The translations under genes were made by a program, and so were the position numbers. DNA of 64,000 nucleotides. Origin: Minutocellus sp. GHC0000111 (taxonomy: Eukaryota). The first letter of the stretch is position 1. Every line of letters starts with the position of its first letter. This document shows, one piece after another, positions 12,043-22,876 of this stretch. The notes beneath the pieces are model-generated. The model worked only from the letters and a program-made list of their open reading frames with translations, was not told where the DNA came from and searched no databases. The stretch is taken from contig OZ361259.1 in assembly GCA_977018835.1 (NCBI GenBank), positions 3,720,001 to 3,784,000 of the forward strand, read 5' to 3'.

Positions 12043-14103
12043 TCAGCCCATAGTGCCGGAAAAGAATCGAGCCGCAGCAGGTAAAACAGCGGCCTGGATC
12101 GGACCGTCTTCAATCTTTTCTCCGTCCAAATCGTTGTGACTGCCCTCCTCCAACGGTTCGAGTCGGAAGGCAACGCACTCGTACATTTCGCACTGATCGT
12201 GATGGATGTGACCCCCAGTCTCGATGGCCAGCGCAATCTGGATCATGCGCAGCCGGGAGATTGGTTTCCGAACCACCATGATGCGAAACAAACCGTCCTG
12301 CATCTGAGATAGCGGAGATTGGAAGGTGTTGTATGCCGCGTGAGTCACTTGGGATGCCCAAAACAAGATAAAGTCACCCTCGATGGTCTTCCATTCTGCA
12401 GGAAGGGGATCGGTGAGGGGTGGCAATGTCACTGCCCTGCCAGCTTCTGCTCCTGCAGACCATGGAAGATACGAGAACCTGGCCATATACGAGCGGTTCA
12501 GGAGGATCCGGTACGCAGCCCACACATCGTTCCGGGCCACTCCCATCCAACGGATGCATTCCGAGTCCAAATCGACATCGGCAATGAAGGCCCACGAAAA
12601 TGTGAGGAATCCAGTGTAGCTCTTGCCGGCAATGGTTTCATATCGCGATAAATCTAGATGTGCCGTCCGACCCTTGCATATCAAAAAGGTCGATTCCAAC
12701 GGGGAATATTTTTCCATGGACTGATGAAGGATGCTCTTGGCCAGCCCATTGCTGGTACCGCAACCGACAATTCCAATAACTAGTTTTTGCAATACCTCAT
12801 CCGCATTTTGTCGGGTACAAATTCCTTGAAGCATCTCCCAAAGGATGCCATCTCCGCCCATGGCAATGAGACCATCGTAAGTGGAGATATCGTTATCTCC
12901 GTCGTCACTGCTGGTAATATGTCCCATCCGATCCATGGCATGACCACTCCGCTGCGTTATGCACACGTCGTGGTCAATACCAGCTTGCTCCAGCATGGGT
13001 TTCACCGTGTTGTTGTAGATAGATTCGCCCTGCCCGGTACCGCTGTACGGGTTGACCACCACCAGATATCGGCGGGGTTTGTCCGCGTCTGTGTTGGTGG
13101 TATCCGCGTCACCGTTGGCCAAGGCTCGAATGGCACGGACCACCGCTCGAACGGCGGCAAAGTCTTCGGTGGGTGCCACCTCCCAGCGACGATGCTGCGC
13201 TTGTCGGTGTGCCAAATGTTTCGTCGGACCTGGATTGGTTGGTGCTGCTCCTCCATCATCTTTGGTCGCATCATCACTACCACTCTTGCCGCCACTGCCA
13301 AACATCTTATCCAGAAGTCCACAACGGCCCTTCTCGGGCCGGGGGTAGCAGTAAATGTTGAGATACGCCACGGCCTGGTTGCGATTGTCCCGCCGGGGAT
13401 GGACTGGCACCTCACCCTCCGACGGTTGAGCAGGTAGCTTGATTTTGTTCAAGGCGGCGGATAGATCCGATGCCAGCAGAATGGGTGGTTCAGCGTCGTT
13501 CTCATTTGTACCGCAATCGCCTCCGACATCATCAGCGACGGGGCTTGTCCTACCAGATACACAACCCGAACCAGCACCAACGTCCCCAACTACTTTCTCT
13601 TCTTTGTTCGTTTCGGTCACGTCGACATCCAACGCATCCAAGTCCGACAGCATGGGGTTGCGGTTGGTCGATGATACAGATCCGGTCCATCCATGTGCCG
13701 TGGTCACCTTGCCACCGTCATTGCCATTGCCACCAAGGAACCGCACTTCCAGCTCGGCACCGATAATGTCTGCAACGTCCATCACATCTAATATCTGAGA
13801 ATCAAACGAAGCGTTTTGAGTTGCACTGTTTGCAGGGTCGGCGTTGCCTCCCTGCATCATTGGCTGGTCTGCAGACGGTGGCGGTGCCGGACACGTGACC
13901 AGTTGGAGCCTCCCTGACTTGTCGTCATAGTTTAGTCGGCAGTAGGAGTCCTGCCCGATGCCACCATCATCCGCGCCACCTTTCCGGCCATTGCTTGTCG
14001 CAGATGGACGAAGGAGGTATGCCTCCCGTGCTTCATTGGTCGGCCAGCACCGCTTGGCACTGGAGTTGGTATTAATACCGGCGTCGGCATTTTTCGAGCA
14101 CAT
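12043..14103 (-). CDS. Sphingosine/long-chain-base kinase (DAGK catalytic domain)
   Basis: VVVNPYSGTG, GGDGILWE, GTSNGLAKS, ADVDLDSE and DGEKI motifs. Confidence 0.93.
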   Translation of the reverse strand: MCSKNADAGINTNSSAKRCWPTNEAREAYLLRPSATSNGRKGGADDGGIGQDSYCRLNYDDKSGRLQLVTCPAPPPSADQPMMQGGNADPANSATQNASFDSQILDVMDVADIIGAELEVRFLGGNGNDGGKVTTAHGWTGSVSSTNRNPMLSDLDALDVDVTETNKEEKVVGDVGAGSGCVSGRTSPVADDVGGDCGTNENDAEPPILLASDLSAALNKIKLPAQPSEGEVPVHPRRDNRNQAVAYLNIYCYPRPEKGRCGLLDKMFGSGGKSGSDDATKDDGGAAPTNPGPTKHLAHRQAQHRRWEVAPTEDFAAVRAVVRAIRALANGDADTTNTDADKPRRYLVVVNPYSGTGQGESIYNNTVKPMLEQAGIDHDVCITQRSGHAMDRMGHITSSDDGDNDISTYDGLIAMGGDGILWEMLQGICTRQNADEVLQKLVIGIVGCGTSNGLAKSILHQSMEKYSPLESTFLICKGRTAHLDLSRYETIAGKSYTGFLTFSWAFIADVDLDSECIRWMGVARNDVWAAYRILLNRSYMARFSYLPWSAGAEAGRAVTLPPLTDPLPAEWKTIEGDFILFWASQVTHAAYNTFQSPLSQMQDGLFRIMVVRKPISRLRMIQIALAIETGGHIHHDQCEMYECVAFRLEPLEEGSHNDLDGEKIEDGPIQAAVLPAAARFFSGTMG

Positions 14104-14483
14104 GGTGTGCCGCCTTTAGTACATGTAGTATGAGCCGTTTCCGGCAAAGATACGGCCAGAGATACACACGCAAGATACTGCAGAGCCCAGTCGCCAGATC
14201 ACTATGCAGATTGCGACCTGCTGCAGATGGTTGCTTGCTCCGTAGGGATGAAAGGGCGGCACTTATGGCTTGACTTGCCACTGGCGAGCTTTGCTTTGCT
14301 TTCAACCCCAGCTGCTGCTGCCACTTACTCGCGAGAATGAGCTAAATTCGTCGCTTCGTGCCGACGATGCCGGCGGCATGCAACCTCGACCGCCTCACCA
14401 TCACCACCTCCCTCGGCAATTGCCCGGAGGGCAAGTCAACTCACAATAGAGTTCGGCACAGCGCGAGAAGGCAGCGAATCAGC

Positions 14484-15503
14484 ATGATCACCTTCGACGA
14501 TCTGAGCCGAGCGGCCGCGGCAAGTCACGCGGCTGGTAGTTTTGCTGCGGCCGAGTTGTCGCCGAACAATACCAAGCTCGACGCCGCCGCCGCCATCTCC
14601 CCCTCGCCCACCTCGGCAGCCTGCCCTGCGATAAGCTCCACTGCCGAGTCTACGAGCACCCAACTCCCACTGCTACCCCGCACCCAATTCCTCCACCTGG
14701 GCGCCGCGGTAGGAACCCTCTGCTCCTCCCTCCTCGCGCACGCACCGCTCGATCCGCCCGGCCGCGACCCCCTGGCCAGGGGAGTCGACGAATCCACAAC
14801 CTTTCCACCCACCTTGGCGGAAATACCTGACTCGTTCTGGTCGCCTACAAATAATGGGCCGGCTGCAGCGGCCGGACGACAACTCATCGCCCAATCCATG
14901 GGGTCGGTGTTCCTGGCCCTGTTCCTGACGGCGTCGGCGTGCGGGGTCGATTTGCGCGGCTGCATCCTCACCAAGTTGGAACTCAACGCCAAAAAGTATC
15001 CCGTGGAATTGTGTCGGGGCAAGAGCGGCAAGTATACGGACTACAGCCACCGGACGGGCATTACGGCCGATCGCAAGAGTCAGAGCACGGTGGGCGGGGC
15101 AAATGATGACTCGACGCATTCGGAGGTTGACGATAGCGGTGGCAGCAGTGGCAAAGACGATGGTGAGGAAGAGCACACAAATGATCCATCCATCGCTGCA
15201 CTCACCCAACGAATTCGTGCCTTTGCCACCGACCGGCAGTGGGCGCGCTATCACACACCCCGCAACATTGTCCTGGCCATGATGGGCGAGGTGGGGGAAC
15301 TGGCGGAACTGTTCCAATGGAAGGGCGATGGCAACGAGGGGGCACCGCAGGGTTTGACCAACTTTTCCGAGGACGATGTCGATCACGTCCGCCAAGAGTT
15401 GGCCGATGTCACCATCTATCTCATGAGGTTGGCCGATGTGTGTGGAGTGGATCTGGCGAAAGAGGCGATGGAGTTGACAGCTGGTATTGTTGGTCACGCA
15501 TGA
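14484..15503 (+). CDS. dCTP pyrophosphatase 1-like protein (MazG-like), with a degenerate N-terminal second MazG-like copy
   Basis: FATDRQWARYHTPRNIVLAMMGEVGELAELFQW..ELADVTIYL. The upstream KLELNAKKYPVELCRGKSGKY resembles the DCTPP1 C-terminus. Confidence 0.85.
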   Translation: MITFDDLSRAAAASHAAGSFAAAELSPNNTKLDAAAAISPSPTSAACPAISSTAESTSTQLPLLPRTQFLHLGAAVGTLCSSLLAHAPLDPPGRDPLARGVDESTTFPPTLAEIPDSFWSPTNNGPAAAAGRQLIAQSMGSVFLALFLTASACGVDLRGCILTKLELNAKKYPVELCRGKSGKYTDYSHRTGITADRKSQSTVGGANDDSTHSEVDDSGGSSGKDDGEEEHTNDPSIAALTQRIRAFATDRQWARYHTPRNIVLAMMGEVGELAELFQWKGDGNEGAPQGLTNFSEDDVDHVRQELADVTIYLMRLADVCGVDLAKEAMELTAGIVGHA

Positions 15504-15734
15504 TGGGTAGAGGGTTGAGGTATTGCAGACAGGTAGCTGGCTCTTGCTGTGCATGTACGCCTGCCTATACATTAAATACGTTTGTATATTTCGTACTCTC
15601 TAACTTTATTTAACTACGTAGCTACGCAGAGATACCCGCAGATATGATACAACGTGATTGCGAAAGCGATCCGATGGAATGAATACAACTCTAATAATGG
15701 TATCGGATGCATGAAAATAGCGCCCCCAATTAAT

Positions 15735-17380
15735 TCAGGCGGCACTGCCGGCGATGCTGACGCCGCCCAGGGCAACATAGGCGGAGAGAGCCCGCTCGAG
15801 CATGGCCCTTCTTGCTGCAAATTCGAGAACTCCAAGCTTGGTGGGGGGGGAGGCTTTGGCTACGGTGGGGCATGCCAGAGGAGCTGCGGCAATACGATTT
15901 TCCTTGGGCCTGATGTTGCTGGCGATGGGCGTTGCGGAACCGCTTGAGGATAGAGAAGCCGTGGTCGATGTGGCATGCGATGTTGGGGCAGCCAGACTCT
16001 TGGTGGGCGAAGAAGGAAGTAAAGGCTTGGGGGAAGCCACTGGCTTGGTACGTCTAAACAGTTTGGCATCTCGCTTTAGAGCGAGCCTGGCCCCATCGGT
16101 CACGGCCTTGGTGGCCGACATGACAGCATCATGGGGGATGAAGGTATTGGGGCGTGATGACGATGGTATACCAGCGTCAAATGCGAGAAGGGCTCGCCTC
16201 TGGAGGTTGGTCTGGACCTGAAGGAGACGTCTGTATCGAAGCTGGAGAGGAATCTCACGACGAAGCTGAGCCGATGTTTTGCTTTTGTTCTTGGATAGAG
16301 TGCGTGGTCCCTTCTTGGCAAGAGATTTCAGGAGGGATTTGGCCGCCATTTTGATCTGAGAACGAGGCACAATGGTCTTGTCGAGATTCTTCCGAGGACA
16401 GATAAGAGGAGGAGGCGGCGCGATAAGAAGTTCAAGACGGGAACCAATATTTTCAAGCCCTAGCGTTGGTCGATCGGTGTAAACGTTTCCACTGAGAGCA
16501 GGCACGGTGGTAGGAAGGATAGTTGAGGTTGACCCATTATCCTCTGGCGTAGTAGGCCTAGACGAAGAAATCGCAATGTTTGCGTCAGAAGGAGTCTCAT
16601 TGTTCGCCTTCAGTGCTGAGACCGCCTTCTTTTTCTTGCTCGTGCGCTTGCTCTTCTTCGACTTGACGATGGCCTCTTCTAGTCGCTTGCGAGCACCGGT
16701 GGACTTTCCGACCTTGGACTTGATGGATCTACAGAGCTTAGGCTCATCTCGTAGGAACTGGGGATGGGTGAAGACCTTCGATTCAGGATTGAATTTATAT
16801 GAAGCAAGTGTTAGCGTAGGCAATTGCAAGTATATTGCTGCAGTACCCGCATAGGCCGTAGATGTTCACTTACCATATAATGCTCGTAGGCCTCCACGCG
16901 GATCTGGCGAAATCCCCAGCGATTCAGACGACGGGTGAAGCTGGCAATCTTGATGGACGACTTGCCCTCCTTGTTGCCGGCATTGCCCAAGACCAGACCA
17001 CTGCGAGGCATGACGTCGTGGAGGAATGCCTTCTCGTCGAGTATGACGAATTCTTTTCCAGATGGAAGGAAGGTGATAATGGACTCGTTGGCTGGATCGG
17101 TCACCACCTTCATGAGCTCTTCGGCGAAGATATTCTTGGTAGGAGACGAGGAAGAACGCCTCTTCTGTCTTGGCGATGCTGTTTGCATTGGAGATGTATC
17201 GTTGGTTTTGATGACCGCAGTCGAAATGCGGCCAGTCTCTTCTCGTGAAATTTCGGGTGACTGCTCCTGTTCGTTGTCGTCGTCTACTTCGAGATATTCT
17301 ACTCTCGAGACGGCATCAAGGAGAGCGCGGAGGTTGGCGTGGTCGGTAGGGCTTGGGGTGCTCTTGCGTTGGTTCGCCAT
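15735..17380 (-). CDS. Heat-shock-factor-type DNA-binding transcription factor (one intron ~16775-16873)
   Basis: IITFLPSGKEFVI..SFTRRLNRWGF, then after the intron FTHPQFLRDEPKLC. Confidence 0.9.
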
Positions 17381-18267
17381 GGTCGATTATCGCTGCTTGG
17401 GGTTGGCAATGTTCGATCGATTGTTGAAATTGTAAATGGAACTATTAGTGAGGAAATGGAATTCGTGGGCGGAACACGTATGCGTGGCAGTTTATGCGGT
17501 TTTTGTGTGGGCAGGAGAGGAAGAATTGAAATGACTGCTTTGATTTGAGAGGAATGGCTCTATTTTGCCGACGTGGCATGTGCGGAATTATGAGATGATC
17601 TGCAAAGATTGCGTCTTTCATAAGGCTTATCGTGGGGCAGAAGGATTGAGATGCATTGTCCTTTCTTCATCGCTGCCCCGCAAGATTGTGTGAGCTTTAG
17701 AAATGCTGCAGATGGAGGTGTCTGTGAAGAACGAGGCCAAGTTCCAAGCAACGAGGCCTAAAGTGTATGTGCCGACGAATGTGCCAGATGGGTTTGAACG
17801 GGTCACATGCCGGTTTGCTGTGACTGCGGGGGTCAAATGCGACAACGAAGAACAGTGCGACAAACCGATGAACGGGGACTGCGAACTCTTGGTCGAGGTT
17901 GCGACATGCCAATTTCTCTTGGTGTCGTTCATTCAGAGGCCTAGCTAGAGTTTCTTATCACAACAAGTCGATTGCGACGCGCTTTTCAGTTTTCTGCCTG
18001 CATTGCAGACCACACTCGTTCAAAAAAGAAGACCGTAGTCGTGACGAATGCTTGCGTCATCTCTTTGGTCTCAATCGGGACCATAAATGCGGCGGACATT
18101 TTCGGGACCATCATCAGGCCTTGCCACCAAAAGCGAGGAGTTTTACACGGCCAGTGGCGCGCTGATTGCTGATTTGGTCGTTTCTGATCTGCCGGGCCAC
18201 TGACGCCGCCAACCACAGTAAAAGCTTGCCACGATACCACACATCCAGAGTCGAGTCAAATGACAAA

Positions 18268-21258
18268 ATGACAGCACTTCCCGATAACATTCGGATTCTC
18301 TGTGAAATCGTCGGCGCCACCAATGTGAAACCGCATCCAGATCTAAAATCAGTCAGTGCCGTGACGACAAGCTTTCTTCTCGGCGACGCCCGTCCGGCAT
18401 CGACGTTCATAAAGGTCCGATACGAAAACCCATCGACCAAGACGAAGTGCGATGTGTACGTCACAAAAACAATCTTGGACAACAGTGATCCGATATGGGC
18501 TGCCGACACGGGTAGTTTGTTCCTTTTGAATTTATCGCAAAAAGATTTTGCTTTGGGGCAAGCAAGGCAACGAATCGGCATTTGAACTGTACGACAAGGA
18601 CAGCTTATTGGGCACTACCGCCAAGATCGGCACAGTCAGATTAAGTAGCCGGAGACTGGCAAAGATTTTGACACAGCGGTCAGAAGAGCGAATAGAATTT
18701 GTGGTTGAGAATGGAATTGTTTTGACTGATTCAGAAGAAGAGGAGGACCGCGATGATACGAAACAAGCAGGTGAAAGCGCTCTCCAGAGAACGAAACTTG
18801 CCCTTCGATTTCGCATAGCAACCAAACCAGATGAAGAATGGTGGCCTTGAACATCTCGACGACGACGAAGATGTCAGAGTAGATTCCCAGCCAAACCAAA
18901 AGATCCCCCCGAAAAGAAGCAGCAATCTGCGATCATCTGGTCTGAATACTGACAAAGATGTCGGTCTAGGGGGGATTCAATCCATGGTTAGCACAATGAA
19001 TTTTGCATTAAATGCAACCGGGGTCAACGAAGTTGGCGAAGAAACAATTCGAGTCAAGCCTGGTCCAGACCCAACGCGTATGGAAGAAACAACATTTATG
19101 ACCGACGAAGATATGCTCATCGAATGTCATAAGCCATCACAAAAATGGATTGAGGCTGGATCGGGATCGCTTGGAAAAGTATTTGTTGAAGTTCTTAGAT
19201 GCCAAGAACTTCCAAACATGGACGTTGGGCTAGGGAACCTAACCGATGCCTTTGTCTCCATAATTTTCGAAGATGCTGTGGTCCAGACCAACACTATTGA
19301 TGATTGCCTGTCGCCTCGATTCATGCCATGGACACAAAGAGCCTTTGCATTTAATAGAATGCACCCACTGAGTGCTTTGTATATTGGAGTCTTCGATTTT
19401 GATAACGGACCGACAGAACACGATGGCATTGGACGTTGTTGTGTGAATTTGGAAAACTTTAGGCAAGGCGTAACGTACACTCTGACGATGCCCTCTATCC
19501 CAACTCTGTCATGACTGAACGCGAGGCCAAGGGGACAATTTCAATTCGGCTTCGCCTTGATACACCAGATGAAAAATCGCTACTTGTAGAGAGCCGAAGA
19601 TTGACACCAAGGATCCACGTGAACGTGAAGAAGCCCAAGTCACTAGCAGTGGCCCACTACACTCTCCACGGCGATGTAGATGAAAGCAAATACAACATGA
19701 CTCTTCTTCGCTCTCATGTGAACGAGATAATGGAATGCAAGCGACGCGTTTCTTATAGCATTGGCGATTCTGTTCGGAGTTTGATATTTTGGAGGGGTCA
19801 GGTAAAGGTGGGATCTGTCAAACTTCCACTTCATTCGCTTGTTGCGTTCGTTATCGGCACTTGGGTGGTTGAGCGACCACATTTATGGCCGTCATTTCTT
19901 TGCTTTCTCGTGGCATGGGTGATGATGGCAAATTATACTGCACGCCGGTCCCATCCGTTGCCATGGAAACAATGCACTTGCATGAGTGACTTTGTCACGG
20001 TGATTTGTACGGGGAGAAATAGTGCGGCCTTTTCCCGTATTCTACCGCAAGAAGGCGCCGAAGCGGCCAAGAAAAGGGAAGAAGCATGGAAACGTCGTCT
20101 TGAATCGGACTTTGACAAGGCCAATAATGAATGGGAAATGCAGCAACAACTTCTTTCTATAGGAGAGGACAGGATTCACACCGATGACACGGGACTGAAG
20201 CTTGATCCTCTTGAAAAATGGCTATTGCCTATTCAGCGAAGATTGTGTGGAGTGTGTACTTCTCTTAGGCGCTTGAATCTGTAAATTAAAGGGAAGATTC
20301 CTTCTCTTCCTTCTGGTTCACCCTTACTTTCGCTGGACTGGGTATAATCTTTTTCATATTGCCAACGGCCTGGATACTTCATTGGGTGCTCCGTATAGCT
20401 ACATACACGCTGCTGAGCCCTTGGATGAAAGGAGTGGACTTATTTATTCTCACACCGACAGTTGCTTTTGAAGACGAAGAGGAGCGACGGAAACATCGAC
20501 AAAGAACTTTACGAGATATAACGAGTAGATTCCATGCCATGTCGAAGGCGGCAAGGACCAAAGGCGAGGAGGCCATGAAGCTCAAAGCAATGCGAAAACT
20601 TCGATTCGGAGACTATATTGCTCGGGTGCCTGAGAGAAACATTACTCGCCATCTTGATTATCCCTTGCCGGAATCACATGCCAGCACACATGCGATTCCG
20701 CCTCTGCAAGGGTGGGAGGAGAGAAAGATCGTACCGGGGCAAAAGCTTCACGGATGCATGATACAGAGAAGAAAGTGCACAGACAACTCGGATGAAAGCC
20801 ATACTGCCGAGGTATTATTGAGACGTCTTCTTGCAGGGGAAGTGATGACAAGCGAAGCAAATAGGATATCTGCGCCGAGAAAATGTGAAAGCATTGATGA
20901 AATTGAAGAGCAAGGAATCGAAATAAAATTGTGTGAAGCCGTTGCTCGCAGGCGTAGAAAGAAGCGACTTCAAAAGATCCCTGAGGATGGAGAGGAAAAC
21001 AGCAGTCACAGTAATGGCGATGGCGACGATGAGACCGTGGTGAGTTTTATGCTCATCCCGTCACATATCACAATGCCTGCGAATTGCTCCGATGATACAT
21101 CAATCACATCATCTCTTGGACCGGAGACCTCTAAGTATTATGACGATTTACTAGAGGAAGAAAGTGTGGAAGTTGTTGCTTTGTTTAAAGATCACAGTGA
21201 AAAGGACAAAATTGGCGACAGCGAAACTGTCTACTTTGATCTTGCACAAGGTACCTGA
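18268..21258 (+). CDS. C2-domain membrane protein (MCTP-like layout) with several frameshifts
   Basis: Consecutive ORFs in shifting frames give C2 motifs (GKVFVEVLRCQELPNMD..TDAFVS..PRFMPW) followed by TM segments. Breaks lie near 18560, 18840, 19490 and 20283. Confidence 0.75.
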
Positions 21259-21332
21259 GGATACTACATAGCATTAAGTAGTACAGCGTTAGCGAGATCC
21301 AGATGCAAATCAATTCGTCTTCAATTTATTTC

Positions 21333-22823
21333 TTATGATTTATCGCGAAATAAGTAGTGGGGTTCGTTACCCGCGGAGGCGATTATCATATCATCATCCA
21401 AGTACGAAATTGTTAGCGGACGAGACCTCTTCCACGACTCTGGGACTGGAAGCGTATCTCCCAACTTGATGCCTGCAAACCTCTCCAATACAACTGTTCC
21501 ATCTACATCAGAATCATCTTTGAGTAAGGACGTACTCAGCACCAGGTCGCAAGGTCTGTTCAGAACTTCCGTGTTGACAACGATGTCGATACGTTCGTTG
21601 TTGCTGATCTCCATCCGAACATCATTTAATTTGAAGACTGGCCCAAGTATCGGAGGTGGGTCTTCAATGAGTTTACGTATAACACCAGTACCAATATCAG
21701 CCTCAACATCAAACACGAAGTCCCACTTCCCGTTCAATTTCGAATCTTCGACTGGGCGGAACGACGACGGCAACAGTTCTTCCAGCTCGGCAAGGATTTC
21801 GGCTGCTTGGTCTTGGTCGTCGGGCCCCAAAGCAAATAAACGCTGCTTGAGCTCTTGTCGTTTCTCAAATGATGTGTCTTTCTCGATATGAGCCGAATCG
21901 GCGTCTGATTTGGCTCTCTCCAAAAGCCTCTTCGAGGGTCGCCGCGACGCAACAGATGCAATATCTGGTCCAGCCAAGGTGACCTTGTCACCATTCAACC
22001 CCAATGCAGCATTCACCGCCGCGCCGGCAACGCGCTCGCGGCTTACTGGCGGACTGAGAGCAACTCCGAGAACGGCAGGGAGGGCATCAGCCAGGGCTTG
22101 GATAGGATAGAGACCAAGAAACTCATCCGCTATCTGTCCAACCGATGATGCGACGCGAGGTGGGTCGAGCCCAAAGTCTTCTCCGCCATAAATAAATGTA
22201 GGTTGAACTATGCAGTAATCGGACTGGCCAAAAGTTTCGCGAATCTTGGCTTCTGATTCCTCCTTACCAGCGGCATATCCCTTTAGAAATGGAATTGATT
22301 TGGACAAGTCACGGACGGATGGATCATTTCCTACGAAGACAAACGTCTGGCTGCCGCCCATCCGAGCGCCGACGGCAGCCTTGCCGCTCGCCGCATTGAT
22401 GACCTCGTCGTCCGGAGAGTTGATCGAACCAATGGTCGAAATGACTGCCGTGCAGGCATTCAGCAGACAAGCATCGGCTACTTTCAGTTCCGCGTCAGAT
22501 GCCGTGAGGTCCAGTTCGTCGTGAGATGGCGCTACATATGAAATGCCGAGTTCGTCCAGCCTTGCGCATATGGCGGACCCAACAAACCCACCGCCACCAA
22601 GAACCAATATCGATGGTTTGGAAGGTGATTCCTCTTGACCAGTTGAAGAGGCAGAAGAAAAGAGAACTTGGCTCCTCGACGGGCATAAGTAGTGCTCGTG
22701 ATGATCGGCTACAAATTGAGAAGCCGCGAGTGGTCTGCTGGTTGGCGCTCGAGTGGTAAATGCTGAGGAGCACTGGAGAGGCGCCAATAGTGCGCAGATG
22801 GTGAAGATATGTTTGCCTACCAT
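21333..22823 (-). CDS. Plastid-targeted NAD(P)-binding epimerase-like protein fused to a PAP/fibrillin domain
   Basis: Signal peptide with SSA-F cleavage motif, ILVLGGGGFVG, YAAGK and PTFIYG. The C-terminus has LNGKWDFVF..ISYLDDDM. Confidence 0.8.
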   Translation of the reverse strand: MVGKHIFTICALLAPLQCSSAFTTRAPTSRPLAASQFVADHHEHYLCPSRSQVLFSSASSTGQEESPSKPSILVLGGGGFVGSAICARLDELGISYVAPSHDELDLTASDAELKVADACLLNACTAVISTIGSINSPDDEVINAASGKAAVGARMGGSQTFVFVGNDPSVRDLSKSIPFLKGYAAGKEESEAKIRETFGQSDYCIVQPTFIYGGEDFGLDPPRVASSVGQIADEFLGLYPIQALADALPAVLGVALSPPVSRERVAGAAVNAALGLNGDKVTLAGPDIASVASRRPSKRLLERAKSDADSAHIEKDTSFEKRQELKQRLFALGPDDQDQAAEILAELEELLPSSFRPVEDSKLNGKWDFVFDVEADIGTGVIRKLIEDPPPILGPVFKLNDVRMEISNNERIDIVVNTEVLNRPCDLVLSTSLLKDDSDVDGTVVLERFAGIKLGDTLPVPESWKRSRPLTISYLDDDMIIASAGNEPHYLFRDKS

Positions 22824-22876
22824 TGTAGACAAAGGAGTGCTTTAATGAGCTTGTTGGGCACTGCCATGCCAGTAGT

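Noticed and set aside
17703..18240. Short ORFs between the HSF and C2 genes
   Set aside because: No recognisable motifs, so they cannot be supported as genes.
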